64,000 nt of DNA from Hyalangium minutum (GTDB lineage Bacteria > Myxococcota > Myxococcia > Myxococcales > Myxococcaceae), in NCBI RefSeq assembly GCF_000737315.1, contig NZ_JMCB01000001.1, positions 868,001 to 932,000 on the forward strand. Reading direction: 5' to 3'. Numbering within the stretch: the first letter of the stretch is position 1; each line of letters opens with the position of its first letter. Shown piece after piece: positions 47,956 through 56,265 of this stretch. Both the position numbers and the translations under genes were made by a program. Below the pieces are notes generated by a model. It did no database searches. It was not told where the DNA came from and saw only the letters and a program-made list of their open reading frames with translations.

Positions 47956-47974
47956 GATATTGAGAATCAATATC
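47956..47974 (-). promoter_or_regulatory. Fur box upstream of the receptor
   Basis: GATATTGAGAATCAATATC, 16/19 match to the Fur consensus, about 27 bp upstream of the ATG. Confidence 0.85.
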
Positions 47975-48066
47975 AAATGTTGGCTGTCACTATTGGTGAT
48001 CGACCTGAGCCGGTCAAGGGGAGGGACGCGCGTCGCCGACGAGCGGTGCGCCTGGGCCCCAGCGCC

Positions 48067-48852
48067 TCAGGCGCGCAGCAACCGCGCGGCGATCGGTAGG
48101 TGATCGGAGGGCTCGGTCTCCGACGGCATCGGCGTCCGGTCGGACAGCTCCGGCAGCCGGTCCGGCTGCGCCTGCAGCGTGCGCGAGTGGAAGAGGTAGT
48201 CGAGCGTCTTGGCCTTGCTGTTCGCGTTGCAGGTCGGCTGGTGCCGTCCCTCGTGGGCATCGAGCAGCCCAGCCGCCGAGAACGCTCGGACCAGCGGCTC
48301 GCCGGGCTGCGCGTTGAAGTCGCCGCACACCACCCAAAGGGATTCTGGCTCCCGCCGCACCAGCTCCTCGAGCAGCTCGGACGCCTCCTGCATCCCCTGG
48401 TGCTGCTCCACGGGCCTGTCCGGCCGATCCCAGCGCAGGTGCGTGCACGCCACGCGCAGTCGTTCCCCTCCGGCCTCGAAGTCCACCACCAGCGCCAGGT
48501 GCCCGGAGACGCGCCCGCCCTCGAGTCGATCCTTGAAGTAATGGGCCCGGTGGCCCAGGCAACGCTCCAGCCGGTGGAACACCGCGCAGCCGTCGGGCTT
48601 CCCCTGCTGCTTCAGCGCCAGCACTCCCGCGTACCCGTGCGGCTCCAGCGCTCTCTGGAGTGCGGCGAAGCTGCCGGGCTCCACCTCCTGCAGGCAGACA
48701 ATGTCCGCGTTCAGCCCCGCGATCCGGCGAGCCAGCGCCTCCTGGCGCCTCTGCGGCTGGAAGATGTCCGCAGGCGTGTCCGGGAACCACTCGGGCTTGA
48801 CGTAGGCGTCCGCCAGGATGTTGTACGAGGCAATTCGCAGATCCACCGGCAT
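48067..48852 (-). CDS. Endonuclease/exonuclease/phosphatase (EEP) protein, CCR4/nocturnin/PDE12-like
   Basis: SYNILADAY, DIVCLQEV, PDGCAVF, CGDFN, LDY, PSDH. Confidence 0.88.
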   Translation of the reverse strand: MPVDLRIASYNILADAYVKPEWFPDTPADIFQPQRRQEALARRIAGLNADIVCLQEVEPGSFAALQRALEPHGYAGVLALKQQGKPDGCAVFHRLERCLGHRAHYFKDRLEGGRVSGHLALVVDFEAGGERLRVACTHLRWDRPDRPVEQHQGMQEASELLEELVRREPESLWVVCGDFNAQPGEPLVRAFSAAGLLDAHEGRHQPTCNANSKAKTLDYLFHSRTLQAQPDRLPELSDRTPMPSETEPSDHLPIAARLLRA

Positions 48853-48956
48853 CGGCAAGTCCTCCCGGTCCGCCGACAAGCTCCCCCCAAGGCCGTCGCG
48901 GGCACTCGATACACTACACCTCCACCTGCCTCACACGTCCCCGCGCAGATCGGGCG

Positions 48957-50357
48957 CTAGCCTCCGAGCGCCACCGCCACCGGCTGCGCCTCCGGCTCCA
49001 CGAGCGATTTCTGCTCCCAGACCCGGCTCTTCCACCGCAGCCACATGGTGATGCCGCGCAGCCACTCATCGGCCGAGACGGCGAGCCACACCCCGGGCAG
49101 CCCCATGTTCAGGTTGAACACCAGGAAGTAGCCCAGGGGCACGCTCATGCAGGCCATCGAGAGCACGCCCATGTAGACGGTGAAGGGGGCGTCTCCCGCC
49201 GCTCGCAAGGCGTTGACCAGGACCAGGTTGAAGGACCGGCCCGTTTCCAGCAGCAGGCTCAGGACGATGAGCTGAGCGGTCACCTGGATGATGTCGCCAT
49301 TGTCCGTGAACAGGCCGACCAGCCGCTCTCGGAAGAGGATGGCGAACACATCCACCGCGATGGTGATGCCCAGGCCCCACTTCAGGCTCTCCAAGGCCTG
49401 GAGGTACGCGTCCTCGGTGCGGCGAGCGCCCACTCTCCGCCCGACGATGATGCCCGTCCCCAACCCAATGGCCAGGCTGCACAGATAGACATACTGAGAG
49501 ATGGACTGGGCGTACTGCCGTGACGCCAGGGCGACGGAGCCCAGCGTGGTGATGAAGTACAGGAACGTCGTCTGGCAGCCCTGATAGGTGAGCTGCTCGA
49601 CCGCCGCGGGGATGCCCACCTTGAGGATCTTCCGGATGTACTCCTTCGAGAACGTCACGTAGTCCCGGAGCACCATCCGCACGGGCATGACGCGGTAGAG
49701 CATCCAGGCGAAGACTCCAAGCGCGGTGGCCCGGCTCAGCACGGTGGAGAGCGCCGCGCCCTTCACCCCCAGCGCCGGTAGACCGAAGTGGCCGAAGATG
49801 AGGGCGTAGTTGGCGGCCACGTGCAGCACGTTCATGCCCAGCGAGACGAACATCGACTGCCGGGTGAAGCCGTAGGTGCGCAGCAAGCCGGAGAAGACGT
49901 TGATCAGCGCCTGGAAGAAGAGGAAGCCGCCCACCAGGTGCAGGTACGTCTTCGCATACGCGAGCACCGGCCCCTCCAGGTTCATCCCGCCCAGGAGGAA
50001 GTCCCCTAGCAACAGCAGGCCCACGCTGACCGTGATGCCGAGGCCGAGGTTCAGCGTGAGGGCCAGCGCCGAGATCCGGGCGGCCTCTTGCTGCTTGCGA
50101 GCCCCGAGGTACTGGGCGACCACGATGGCGGCCCCGTTACCAATGATGCCCGTGCTCAGGATGCAGATGAAGACGTACTGATTGACCACGCCCACCGCGG
50201 AGACGGCGTCGTCGGACACGCCGCTCAGCATGAGCGTGTCCGACGTCCCCATGAGCATGAAGAGGAGGAGCTCCAAGAAGATGGGCCAGGTCAGCCGGAA
50301 CAACCCCAGGTGAGGTTCGGTCTGCACATCTCCCTGCGGCGTCGCTGCGACTTCCAT
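48957..50357 (-). CDS. MATE family efflux transporter
   Basis: LTWPIFLE, SDDAVSAVG, AQYLGA, GVKGAALST, ALRAAGD, two pseudo-symmetric halves. Confidence 0.94.
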   Translation of the reverse strand: MEVAATPQGDVQTEPHLGLFRLTWPIFLELLLFMLMGTSDTLMLSGVSDDAVSAVGVVNQYVFICILSTGIIGNGAAIVVAQYLGARKQQEAARISALALTLNLGLGITVSVGLLLLGDFLLGGMNLEGPVLAYAKTYLHLVGGFLFFQALINVFSGLLRTYGFTRQSMFVSLGMNVLHVAANYALIFGHFGLPALGVKGAALSTVLSRATALGVFAWMLYRVMPVRMVLRDYVTFSKEYIRKILKVGIPAAVEQLTYQGCQTTFLYFITTLGSVALASRQYAQSISQYVYLCSLAIGLGTGIIVGRRVGARRTEDAYLQALESLKWGLGITIAVDVFAILFRERLVGLFTDNGDIIQVTAQLIVLSLLLETGRSFNLVLVNALRAAGDAPFTVYMGVLSMACMSVPLGYFLVFNLNMGLPGVWLAVSADEWLRGITMWLRWKSRVWEQKSLVEPEAQPVAVALGG

Positions 50358-50480
50358 GGGTTCATCTGCTCCGTGAGGCGGGCCTCGCGGAGCGTGTCTC
50401 GCATGTCTGGCGGGAGGCGTCGAGCGATTGGCGGTGCACCTCGCGCCGCATCGGAGGAGCCCCAACTATCTGGAGGCGCG

Positions 50481-51797
50481 CTACTGCCATTGGTAGACGC
50501 GGACCCAGTCCACTTCCATCACCTGCGGCGTCTGGGCGATGAGGTTCGCCGTAGACTGCGGCACGCCGTAGTACGGCGTCGTCGCGCCGTTCAGCCCGAA
50601 CGGATAGCCCCCGCCCACCGCCAGGTTCAGGATGATGAAGAACGGGTGGTCATACGCGTAGTTGCCGTACTGGGTGACCTCCCCTCGCGTCACCGTCTTC
50701 AGCAGCACGTCGTCGATGTACCACTTGATTTCCGTAGACGAGTAGTCGGCGCGGTACACGTGAAAGTTGCTGACCGGGGAGTTCGGGTAGAACCGAGCGT
50801 TGATCGGCGTGTTGCCGTAGTAGCCCGGACCGTGCAGCGCACCCGACGTCCAGTCGCCGTAGCCCACGTTCTCCATGATGTCGAGCTCGCCGCAGGCCGG
50901 CCAACCCGCCGTGTTGATGTCATTGCCGAGCATCCAGAACGCCGGCCACAGCCCCGCCCCCACCGGCAGCTTGATGCGCGCCTCGACGCGGCTGTGCCCG
51001 AACTCGCGCTTGCCCACGCTCTCGATGCGGCCCGAGGTGTAGGGGTAGCCGTTCGTCGGCTGGTAGCGCGCAATCAGCTTCAGCGTGCCGTTGCTCACCT
51101 GCACGTTCTGCGACGACGAGGTGTACTGCTGCTGCTCGCTGTTCACGTGGACCGTCGTGTTGTAGCTCCAGTTCGCCGTGTTGAGGCTGGTGCCGTCGAA
51201 CTCGTCGCTCCAGACCTGCACCCAGTTGCCCGGTGTGCCCCCCACCGCGCCCCACGAGAACCTCTCCCAGCAGTCCGTGGCGGCGCGGTTGGCCACCAGC
51301 TGCGTGTTGGCCAGGTTCGAGTCCGCCGCCACGTACTTCGCGGTGGACTTGGCCAGCAGGCTCACCGTGCCATCCGCCTGGGAGACCCACTGAAAGCGCT
51401 CCCAATCCCCCACTGTCGTCTTCGACGCGGTGAGCTGCCCGTTGGCGTTCGGATCCGCCGACACGTACTTGCCGTTGCTGTTGGCCAGCAGCGCCACCTG
51501 GCCGCTGCCCCCGTCCTTCACCTGGAATTGCTCCCAGCCCTGCGCCGTGGCCCGGTTGGCCACCAGCGGCGTGTTGGCGTTGATGTTCTGATCCGCCGAC
51601 ACGTACTGCTGGTTGGTGCACGCCTTGAGCCAGATCGTCTGGCCAATCGGCGCCGCCGCCAGCTGCTGCACCGCCGCCTCGGTCTCGGGCGTGGCGGCCT
51701 CTTGCTCGGGGCTACAGGCCGAAGTGCCCAGCACCAAGCTCCCCATTCCCACCAGCAGCCAGTTCTTTCCTACCGTCTTGAGCAGTCTCGAAAGCAT
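50481..51797 (-). CDS. Lipoprotein: fascin-like beta-trefoil + GH16 beta-1,3-glucanase
   Basis: Lipobox TSAC; three YVSAD...A....WExF repeats; WSDEF, WPAFW, catalytic ELDIME. Confidence 0.9.
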   Translation of the reverse strand: MLSRLLKTVGKNWLLVGMGSLVLGTSACSPEQEAATPETEAAVQQLAAAPIGQTIWLKACTNQQYVSADQNINANTPLVANRATAQGWEQFQVKDGGSGQVALLANSNGKYVSADPNANGQLTASKTTVGDWERFQWVSQADGTVSLLAKSTAKYVAADSNLANTQLVANRAATDCWERFSWGAVGGTPGNWVQVWSDEFDGTSLNTANWSYNTTVHVNSEQQQYTSSSQNVQVSNGTLKLIARYQPTNGYPYTSGRIESVGKREFGHSRVEARIKLPVGAGLWPAFWMLGNDINTAGWPACGELDIMENVGYGDWTSGALHGPGYYGNTPINARFYPNSPVSNFHVYRADYSSTEIKWYIDDVLLKTVTRGEVTQYGNYAYDHPFFIILNLAVGGGYPFGLNGATTPYYGVPQSTANLIAQTPQVMEVDWVRVYQWQ

Positions 51798-51913
51798 TGA
51801 AAGGCCTCGCGGAGATTTTGAACGCGCTTTCAATACGCCTTATCGGCAATTCAAGTAAAGCCCTATTAGGCCACTATTTACTGGAGGACAGCTCCTCCGC
51901 GGCTCGGGCTCGG

Positions 51914-52050
51914 GTGGACGGACGGACTGTGGCTTCGGTGGAGCTCGCGGGACAGGCCGCCGTCGTGCTGTTCCTGTCGAGCGGGTGCCCAAAGTGCCGA
52001 GGAACGGTCCCCGTGCTCCAGCAGATCCTCCCGGCCATCCGCAGCGCTGG
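51914..52050 (+). pseudogene. Remnant of a thioredoxin-fold (TlpA/MauD-like) gene
   Basis: VDGRTVASVELAGQAAVVLFLSSGCPKCRGTVPVLQQILPAIRSAG with CxxC at 51986-51997; lacks N- and C-terminal parts and runs into the convergent neighbour. Confidence 0.55.
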
Positions 52051-52059
52051 CATCGGGCA

Positions 52060-52548
52060 TTACAGCCAGCGCCGCACGCGCGCCTTGTAGCGCACGTAGG
52101 GCTCCCCGAACGTTGCCTCCAAGTACCGCTCCTCTTTCGCGATGACGTAGTAGCGAATCACCAGCAGCGCTGGGATCAACGTGAGCACCGCCCATTCACT
52201 GGGGATCAGCAGCGCGATGCCCAGGTAGATGATCGCGAACGAGAGGTACATCGGGTTGCGCGTCCAGCTGTACAGCCCCTTGTCCATGATGCCCGCGGTC
52301 GGCATCCACGGGCGCATATCGATGTCCGCCCTCGTGAACTGGCGCATCGACATCACCAAGAGCACCACGCCCCCCAAGAGCAACGCCCCTCCTATTCCAC
52401 GCGCATGGCTGTGCGCCGCCGCGGGGAGGACGTTCAGCGGAACGACCCTCGAGAGCAACACCCCCGCGAGGAGGTGCAACACCATGATCACGGGAGGCGG
52501 GAAGCGGACGCCCGCGCTCGCTGGTTTCGCGTTGTCCACGGGCCTCAT
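52060..52548 (-). CDS. Isoprenylcysteine carboxyl methyltransferase (ICMT/PEMT-like) family membrane protein
   Basis: GLYSWTRNPMYL, EERYL..FG..Y..YK.RVRRW. Confidence 0.92.
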   Translation of the reverse strand: MRPVDNAKPASAGVRFPPPVIMVLHLLAGVLLSRVVPLNVLPAAAHSHARGIGGALLLGGVVLLVMSMRQFTRADIDMRPWMPTAGIMDKGLYSWTRNPMYLSFAIIYLGIALLIPSEWAVLTLIPALLVIRYYVIAKEERYLEATFGEPYVRYKARVRRWL

Positions 52549-52647
52549 CGTACTGGCTCAGCCCCGCCAGCGCACGGCCCCCGCTCGTGCCCCGTCCACC
52601 CCGGGTCTTGGATAAGCTAGAGCCCGCCGTCTCTCCCGGAGCCGCCC

Positions 52648-53511
52648 ATGGCCGAGCAGCCCATCCAGAACTGCGAGGTGCGCTTCCAGTTCCAGTGTCC
52701 CAAGCAGTGGGATGCCTTGCAGTCCACCGCTGAGCCCGGTGTACGCGCGTGCAGCCAGTGCCAGAAGTCCGTGTACTTCTGCCAGAGCGCCGAGGAAGCC
52801 GCCCAGCACGCTCAGCTCGGGCACTGCATCGCCGTGCCCTCCTGGCTCTCCGCGCCGCAGGACTCGCCCGAGGAGTTCGAGCGCCTTCAGGAACTGGCTC
52901 GCCAACATGGCATGCCCGCGGTCCGCTTGCGCGGCTTCAGGCCTGATCCGGAGCTTCTCAAGCGAGTGGGCCTGGAGGTGGCCCGCAAGTACACCGTGCT
53001 CCCCGTGGGCCAGTCCGGCAGTGTGATCACCCTGGCCCTGAGCGACCCCACGAACCGCATGGCCATCGACGACGTGATGTTCTACACCGGCTACAACGTG
53101 AAGCCCGTGGTGGCTTCCCAGAGAGAGATCCTCTCCGTCATTGACCGGGCCACCCAGGAGGACAAGTCCCATATCGATGTAGGCGTGGTCGATGAGCGGG
53201 CGTTCCTGAATCCGAAGCCCACGCCCGCCCGGCTCTCCCTCGTCTCGGAAGATGGCGTGGAGTGGTACGTCCACCGGGATCGCTTCGTCATCGGCCGGGG
53301 CAAGGACTGCGACTTCCAGCCGGACTCCCGCATCCTCTCGCGCCACCACGCCGTCATCGTCCGCGAGGGCGAGGACTACTTCCTCGAAGACCTGGCCTCC
53401 ACCAGCGGCGTCTGGCTCGGCCGGGAGCGGCTCCAAGGGCGCCACCGTCTCGGCCCCGGCGATGAGTTCACCCTGGCCGACGTGAAGCTCCGTGCCCAGT
53501 TCCGCGGGTGA
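52648..53511 (+). CDS. Cys-rich N-terminal domain + T2SSE_N (GspE/PilB N-terminal) + FHA domain protein
   Basis: Six Cys in residues 9-60; LLKRVGLEVARKYTVLP...LALSDPTN...TGYNVKPVVAS; FHA IGRG...SRHHA...EDLAS. Confidence 0.8.
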   Translation: MAEQPIQNCEVRFQFQCPKQWDALQSTAEPGVRACSQCQKSVYFCQSAEEAAQHAQLGHCIAVPSWLSAPQDSPEEFERLQELARQHGMPAVRLRGFRPDPELLKRVGLEVARKYTVLPVGQSGSVITLALSDPTNRMAIDDVMFYTGYNVKPVVASQREILSVIDRATQEDKSHIDVGVVDERAFLNPKPTPARLSLVSEDGVEWYVHRDRFVIGRGKDCDFQPDSRILSRHHAVIVREGEDYFLEDLASTSGVWLGRERLQGRHRLGPGDEFTLADVKLRAQFRG

Positions 53512-53536
53512 CGGCGCCGGGTAGAGTGGGCGCCCC

Positions 53537-54109
53537 ATGAAACGGACCGGAGTTGCCCTCCCCCTCCTCGTGCTGGCCCTCACCTCGCTGTCGCTCGGCT
53601 CAGCCGGGTGCGCCTCCGCGAGCGTCTATTCGAAGCGCGAGCCCGGTGAGCTGCCACGGCTGTCCCGCCTCTTCGTCGCGGGCAGCTCCCAGGGACTCGA
53701 CGACAGCGCACCGCTGGGCGAGCTGTCGAGCGCCATGACAAAGCAGTTGTCCGCGCGCGGGGTGGCGTCCTCCGCCTACGTGTTCGAGTCGGCGGAGCTG
53801 AGCAGCCCCGAGCCCCTCCGCCAGCGCCTCGCGGAGTCCCAGGCGGACGGACTGCTGCTCCTCACGCTCTCAGCGACCGAGGGCTGGATTGCCTCCGGTG
53901 GCATGGGTGGCGTGGCGGCCGAGCGCACCACCACCACCCGCGTAGAGGCCCTGCTCACCCCTGCGGGCTCTGACCGGCGCATCTGGAGCGCCACCTGCAA
54001 GTACGGCAACAAGAGCCGGGCAACCCAGGCCATCCTCGACACGTGCGCCCAGAAGCTCGTGGAGCAGCTCTTCACGGATGGGGTGCTCACTCCCTCCGGG
54101 ACGCCCTGA
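53537..54109 (+). CDS. Hypothetical secreted protein or lipoprotein
   Basis: Signal-like N-terminus with SAGC; resembles DUF4136-type alpha/beta lipoproteins (DGLLLL..., IWSA). Confidence 0.65.
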   Translation: MKRTGVALPLLVLALTSLSLGSAGCASASVYSKREPGELPRLSRLFVAGSSQGLDDSAPLGELSSAMTKQLSARGVASSAYVFESAELSSPEPLRQRLAESQADGLLLLTLSATEGWIASGGMGGVAAERTTTTRVEALLTPAGSDRRIWSATCKYGNKSRATQAILDTCAQKLVEQLFTDGVLTPSGTP

Positions 54110-54113
54110 CGGC

Positions 54114-54494
54114 TCAAGTGCTCCCGCGCGCGCTCCCACCGGCCAGCAGGGGCACCAGATCCACCCCGCGCCAGAGCCGCTCGCGCATCTCCCGCGAGTC
54201 CGCCAACGCCCGTGCGCCTCGCGGCGTCACGGCGAACACCCTCCGAGAGTTCCCGCCGCTCGTCTCTCCTCGCCCGGAAGAGGCCAGCCCCTTCGCCTCG
54301 AGCCGATCCAGCGTGGCGTACACCGCGCCGATCGCCACCTCGCGCCCCGTCACCGCCTCCAGTTCCCGGCGGACGGCCATGCCGTAAGCGCCACTTCCAT
54401 CCGCCGCCCGTGCGGTTCGCAGCACGGCCAGCAGCACCTGTTCCTCGAAGGTCCCAAGAGGTGCATCCGCGGAGGGGCTCGAAGGTGTTGGCAT
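54114..54494 (-). CDS. PadR family transcriptional regulator
   Basis: LGTFEEQVLLAV, AYGMAVRREL, GAVYATLDRLEAKG, RRVFAVT..G. Confidence 0.93.
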   Translation of the reverse strand: MPTPSSPSADAPLGTFEEQVLLAVLRTARAADGSGAYGMAVRRELEAVTGREVAIGAVYATLDRLEAKGLASSGRGETSGGNSRRVFAVTPRGARALADSREMRERLWRGVDLVPLLAGGSARGST

Positions 54495-54554
54495 GGGGGA
54501 TTCCTCAAGGAATCTCTTACTACAATGTAGAAGACGCAGCCAAGACCGGACCGG

Positions 54555-55295
54555 CTAGCGGCGCTTCACGGCGACGAAGGTGTCGTACGGATGGCCTTCG
54601 AGGGTCCTCGGCTCCAGGCGCGCGTCGAGCCCCACCTCCTGGAAGAGCCGCAACCAGGTGTCGCGCGAGAACACCCCATAGTGGTGCGTGTCGAGCACGG
54701 AGCGGACGCTCCCATCCTTCTCCCGGAGCACCAGCGAGTAGTGGACGACGCTGTAGCTCTTGCCCGGCTCTGGCGGAAGCGTCCACATGAGGTAGCGCAG
54801 CGAGCGCGCACGCCCATCCGCATCCGGCGGCCCGTCCTCACCTTCGACGGCTGAGCCGGGCTCGAAGGACTCGCGCGTGGCATCCGGGGCCACCACGGTG
54901 ACGCCGCCGGGACGCAGGTGCACGGAGACCGTCTCCAGCGCCGCGCGCAGGTCCTCCTCCGTCGTCATGTACTCGATGGCGTCGTGCACGAAGACACCGT
55001 CGAACGTGCGTCCCAGGCGCACGGTGCGCATGTCCCCGGGCAGGTGCTCGCACTCGGGATTCAGCTCGCAGCTCACCTTGCGCATCCCCTCCGAGGGCTC
55101 CACCAGGGTGAGCTTGAACGCACTCTTGAGGTGGCTGGCGTTGTTGCCGCCGCCGCTGCCCAGCTCGAGCACCTCTTTCAGCGGCCCAGACGCGGCGGAC
55201 CGGAAGAGCCGGAGGTACTCGTCGGACTCCTCGCGGTAGTGGGACACAGGCGAGACCAGCGGCCACCAGTCGGCCAACTCTTCATAGAGCTTCAT
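54555..55295 (-). CDS. Class I SAM-dependent methyltransferase
   Basis: VLELGSGGG, GDMRT, FDGVF.HDAI.Y, HLRPGG. Confidence 0.92.
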   Translation of the reverse strand: MKLYEELADWWPLVSPVSHYREESDEYLRLFRSAASGPLKEVLELGSGGGNNASHLKSAFKLTLVEPSEGMRKVSCELNPECEHLPGDMRTVRLGRTFDGVFVHDAIEYMTTEEDLRAALETVSVHLRPGGVTVVAPDATRESFEPGSAVEGEDGPPDADGRARSLRYLMWTLPPEPGKSYSVVHYSLVLREKDGSVRSVLDTHHYGVFSRDTWLRLFQEVGLDARLEPRTLEGHPYDTFVAVKRR

Positions 55296-55331
55296 GCGCT
55301 TCTCCCAGGAGTTCCGAAGCGTACGCCCGCG

Positions 55332-56249
55332 TCAGCGTTCCACGCAGAGCACTCCGCCTGCATCGTCGGCGATGAACGCCCGCCCGGTGTCATCGAGTGC
55401 CAGTCCCTCGGCGCGCTTGCCGGGGAGGGGCATCTTCCGCACCAACTTCCCCTCCAGGGTCAGCTCATAGACCCACCCCAAGCCCTCGCCACTGCTGGAC
55501 TCGGTGATCAGGAAGTGGCCCGACGCCCGGTCATAGGTGATGTCCGAGGCCTGGTACTCAATGACTGTGGACAGGTCGATGGCCTCCACCGCCTTGGCCT
55601 TGCCGTCCTTCTTGTCGAGCGGCACCTTGAGCTTCACCAACCGGGGCGGCTGCTGATTGACGCAGTAGAACGCGAGCTGCTCGGGCACGTAGCACACGCC
55701 CTCGGCGCTCTTGTTCGCGTCATCGCCGATGATCCGCTGGCCGTGGATCTTCGTGTCCACCTCGTACTCCGCCTGGATCTTGAGCGAGTCCGGATCAAGC
55801 GCGTAGAGCTTCGGAGACTTCTTCTCCTCGAGGACGAAGAGCCGGCCGTTGGGGCCCACCGTGACGCCCTCGAATCCCCGGCTCCCGAGCTTGGCACTGC
55901 GCAGCACCTTCCCGTCCCGCGTGAGCTCGGCCACATCCCCGTGGTCACCCACCACGAAGAGCGTGCCGCGGCCTGGGTGGAAGGCGATGCCGCTGGGCTC
56001 CTTCACGGCCTTGGAGTGGACGGGCAGCACCGAACGCACCTGGGCCGACGGACCGAAGGGCAGCTCCGCTTGACGCTCTGAAGAGGGCGCACTGGGCCGC
56101 ACCTCCACGGGAGAAGACGCGATGGGAGCGGGCATGATGACTCCGGGAAGCGCTGCAGTAGGCCTCCCAGTCATATCGCGTCTCACTCCTGGCCCGTCAG
56201 GACTGGCCGCCAACTCTAGCCAGTCAGAGTCGGGGGCCACGTCTGACAT
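55332..56249 (-). CDS. SdiA-regulated/YjiK-like beta-propeller protein
   Basis: EPSGIAF, LFVVGD, FEGVT, AEGV, ASDITYD, AEGLALD repeats; start uncertain. Confidence 0.82.
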   Translation of the reverse strand: MSDVAPDSDWLELAASPDGPGVRRDMTGRPTAALPGVIMPAPIASSPVEVRPSAPSSERQAELPFGPSAQVRSVLPVHSKAVKEPSGIAFHPGRGTLFVVGDHGDVAELTRDGKVLRSAKLGSRGFEGVTVGPNGRLFVLEEKKSPKLYALDPDSLKIQAEYEVDTKIHGQRIIGDDANKSAEGVCYVPEQLAFYCVNQQPPRLVKLKVPLDKKDGKAKAVEAIDLSTVIEYQASDITYDRASGHFLITESSSGEGLGWVYELTLEGKLVRKMPLPGKRAEGLALDDTGRAFIADDAGGVLCVER

Positions 56250-56265
56250 GCCTCACCGAGCCCTC

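Noticed and set aside
51797-52090. 97-aa ORF as an intact gene
   Set aside because: It starts inside the GH16 gene's 5' region, has a non-coding-like AT-rich first third and overlaps the ICMT gene; only the CxxC part looks like a remnant.
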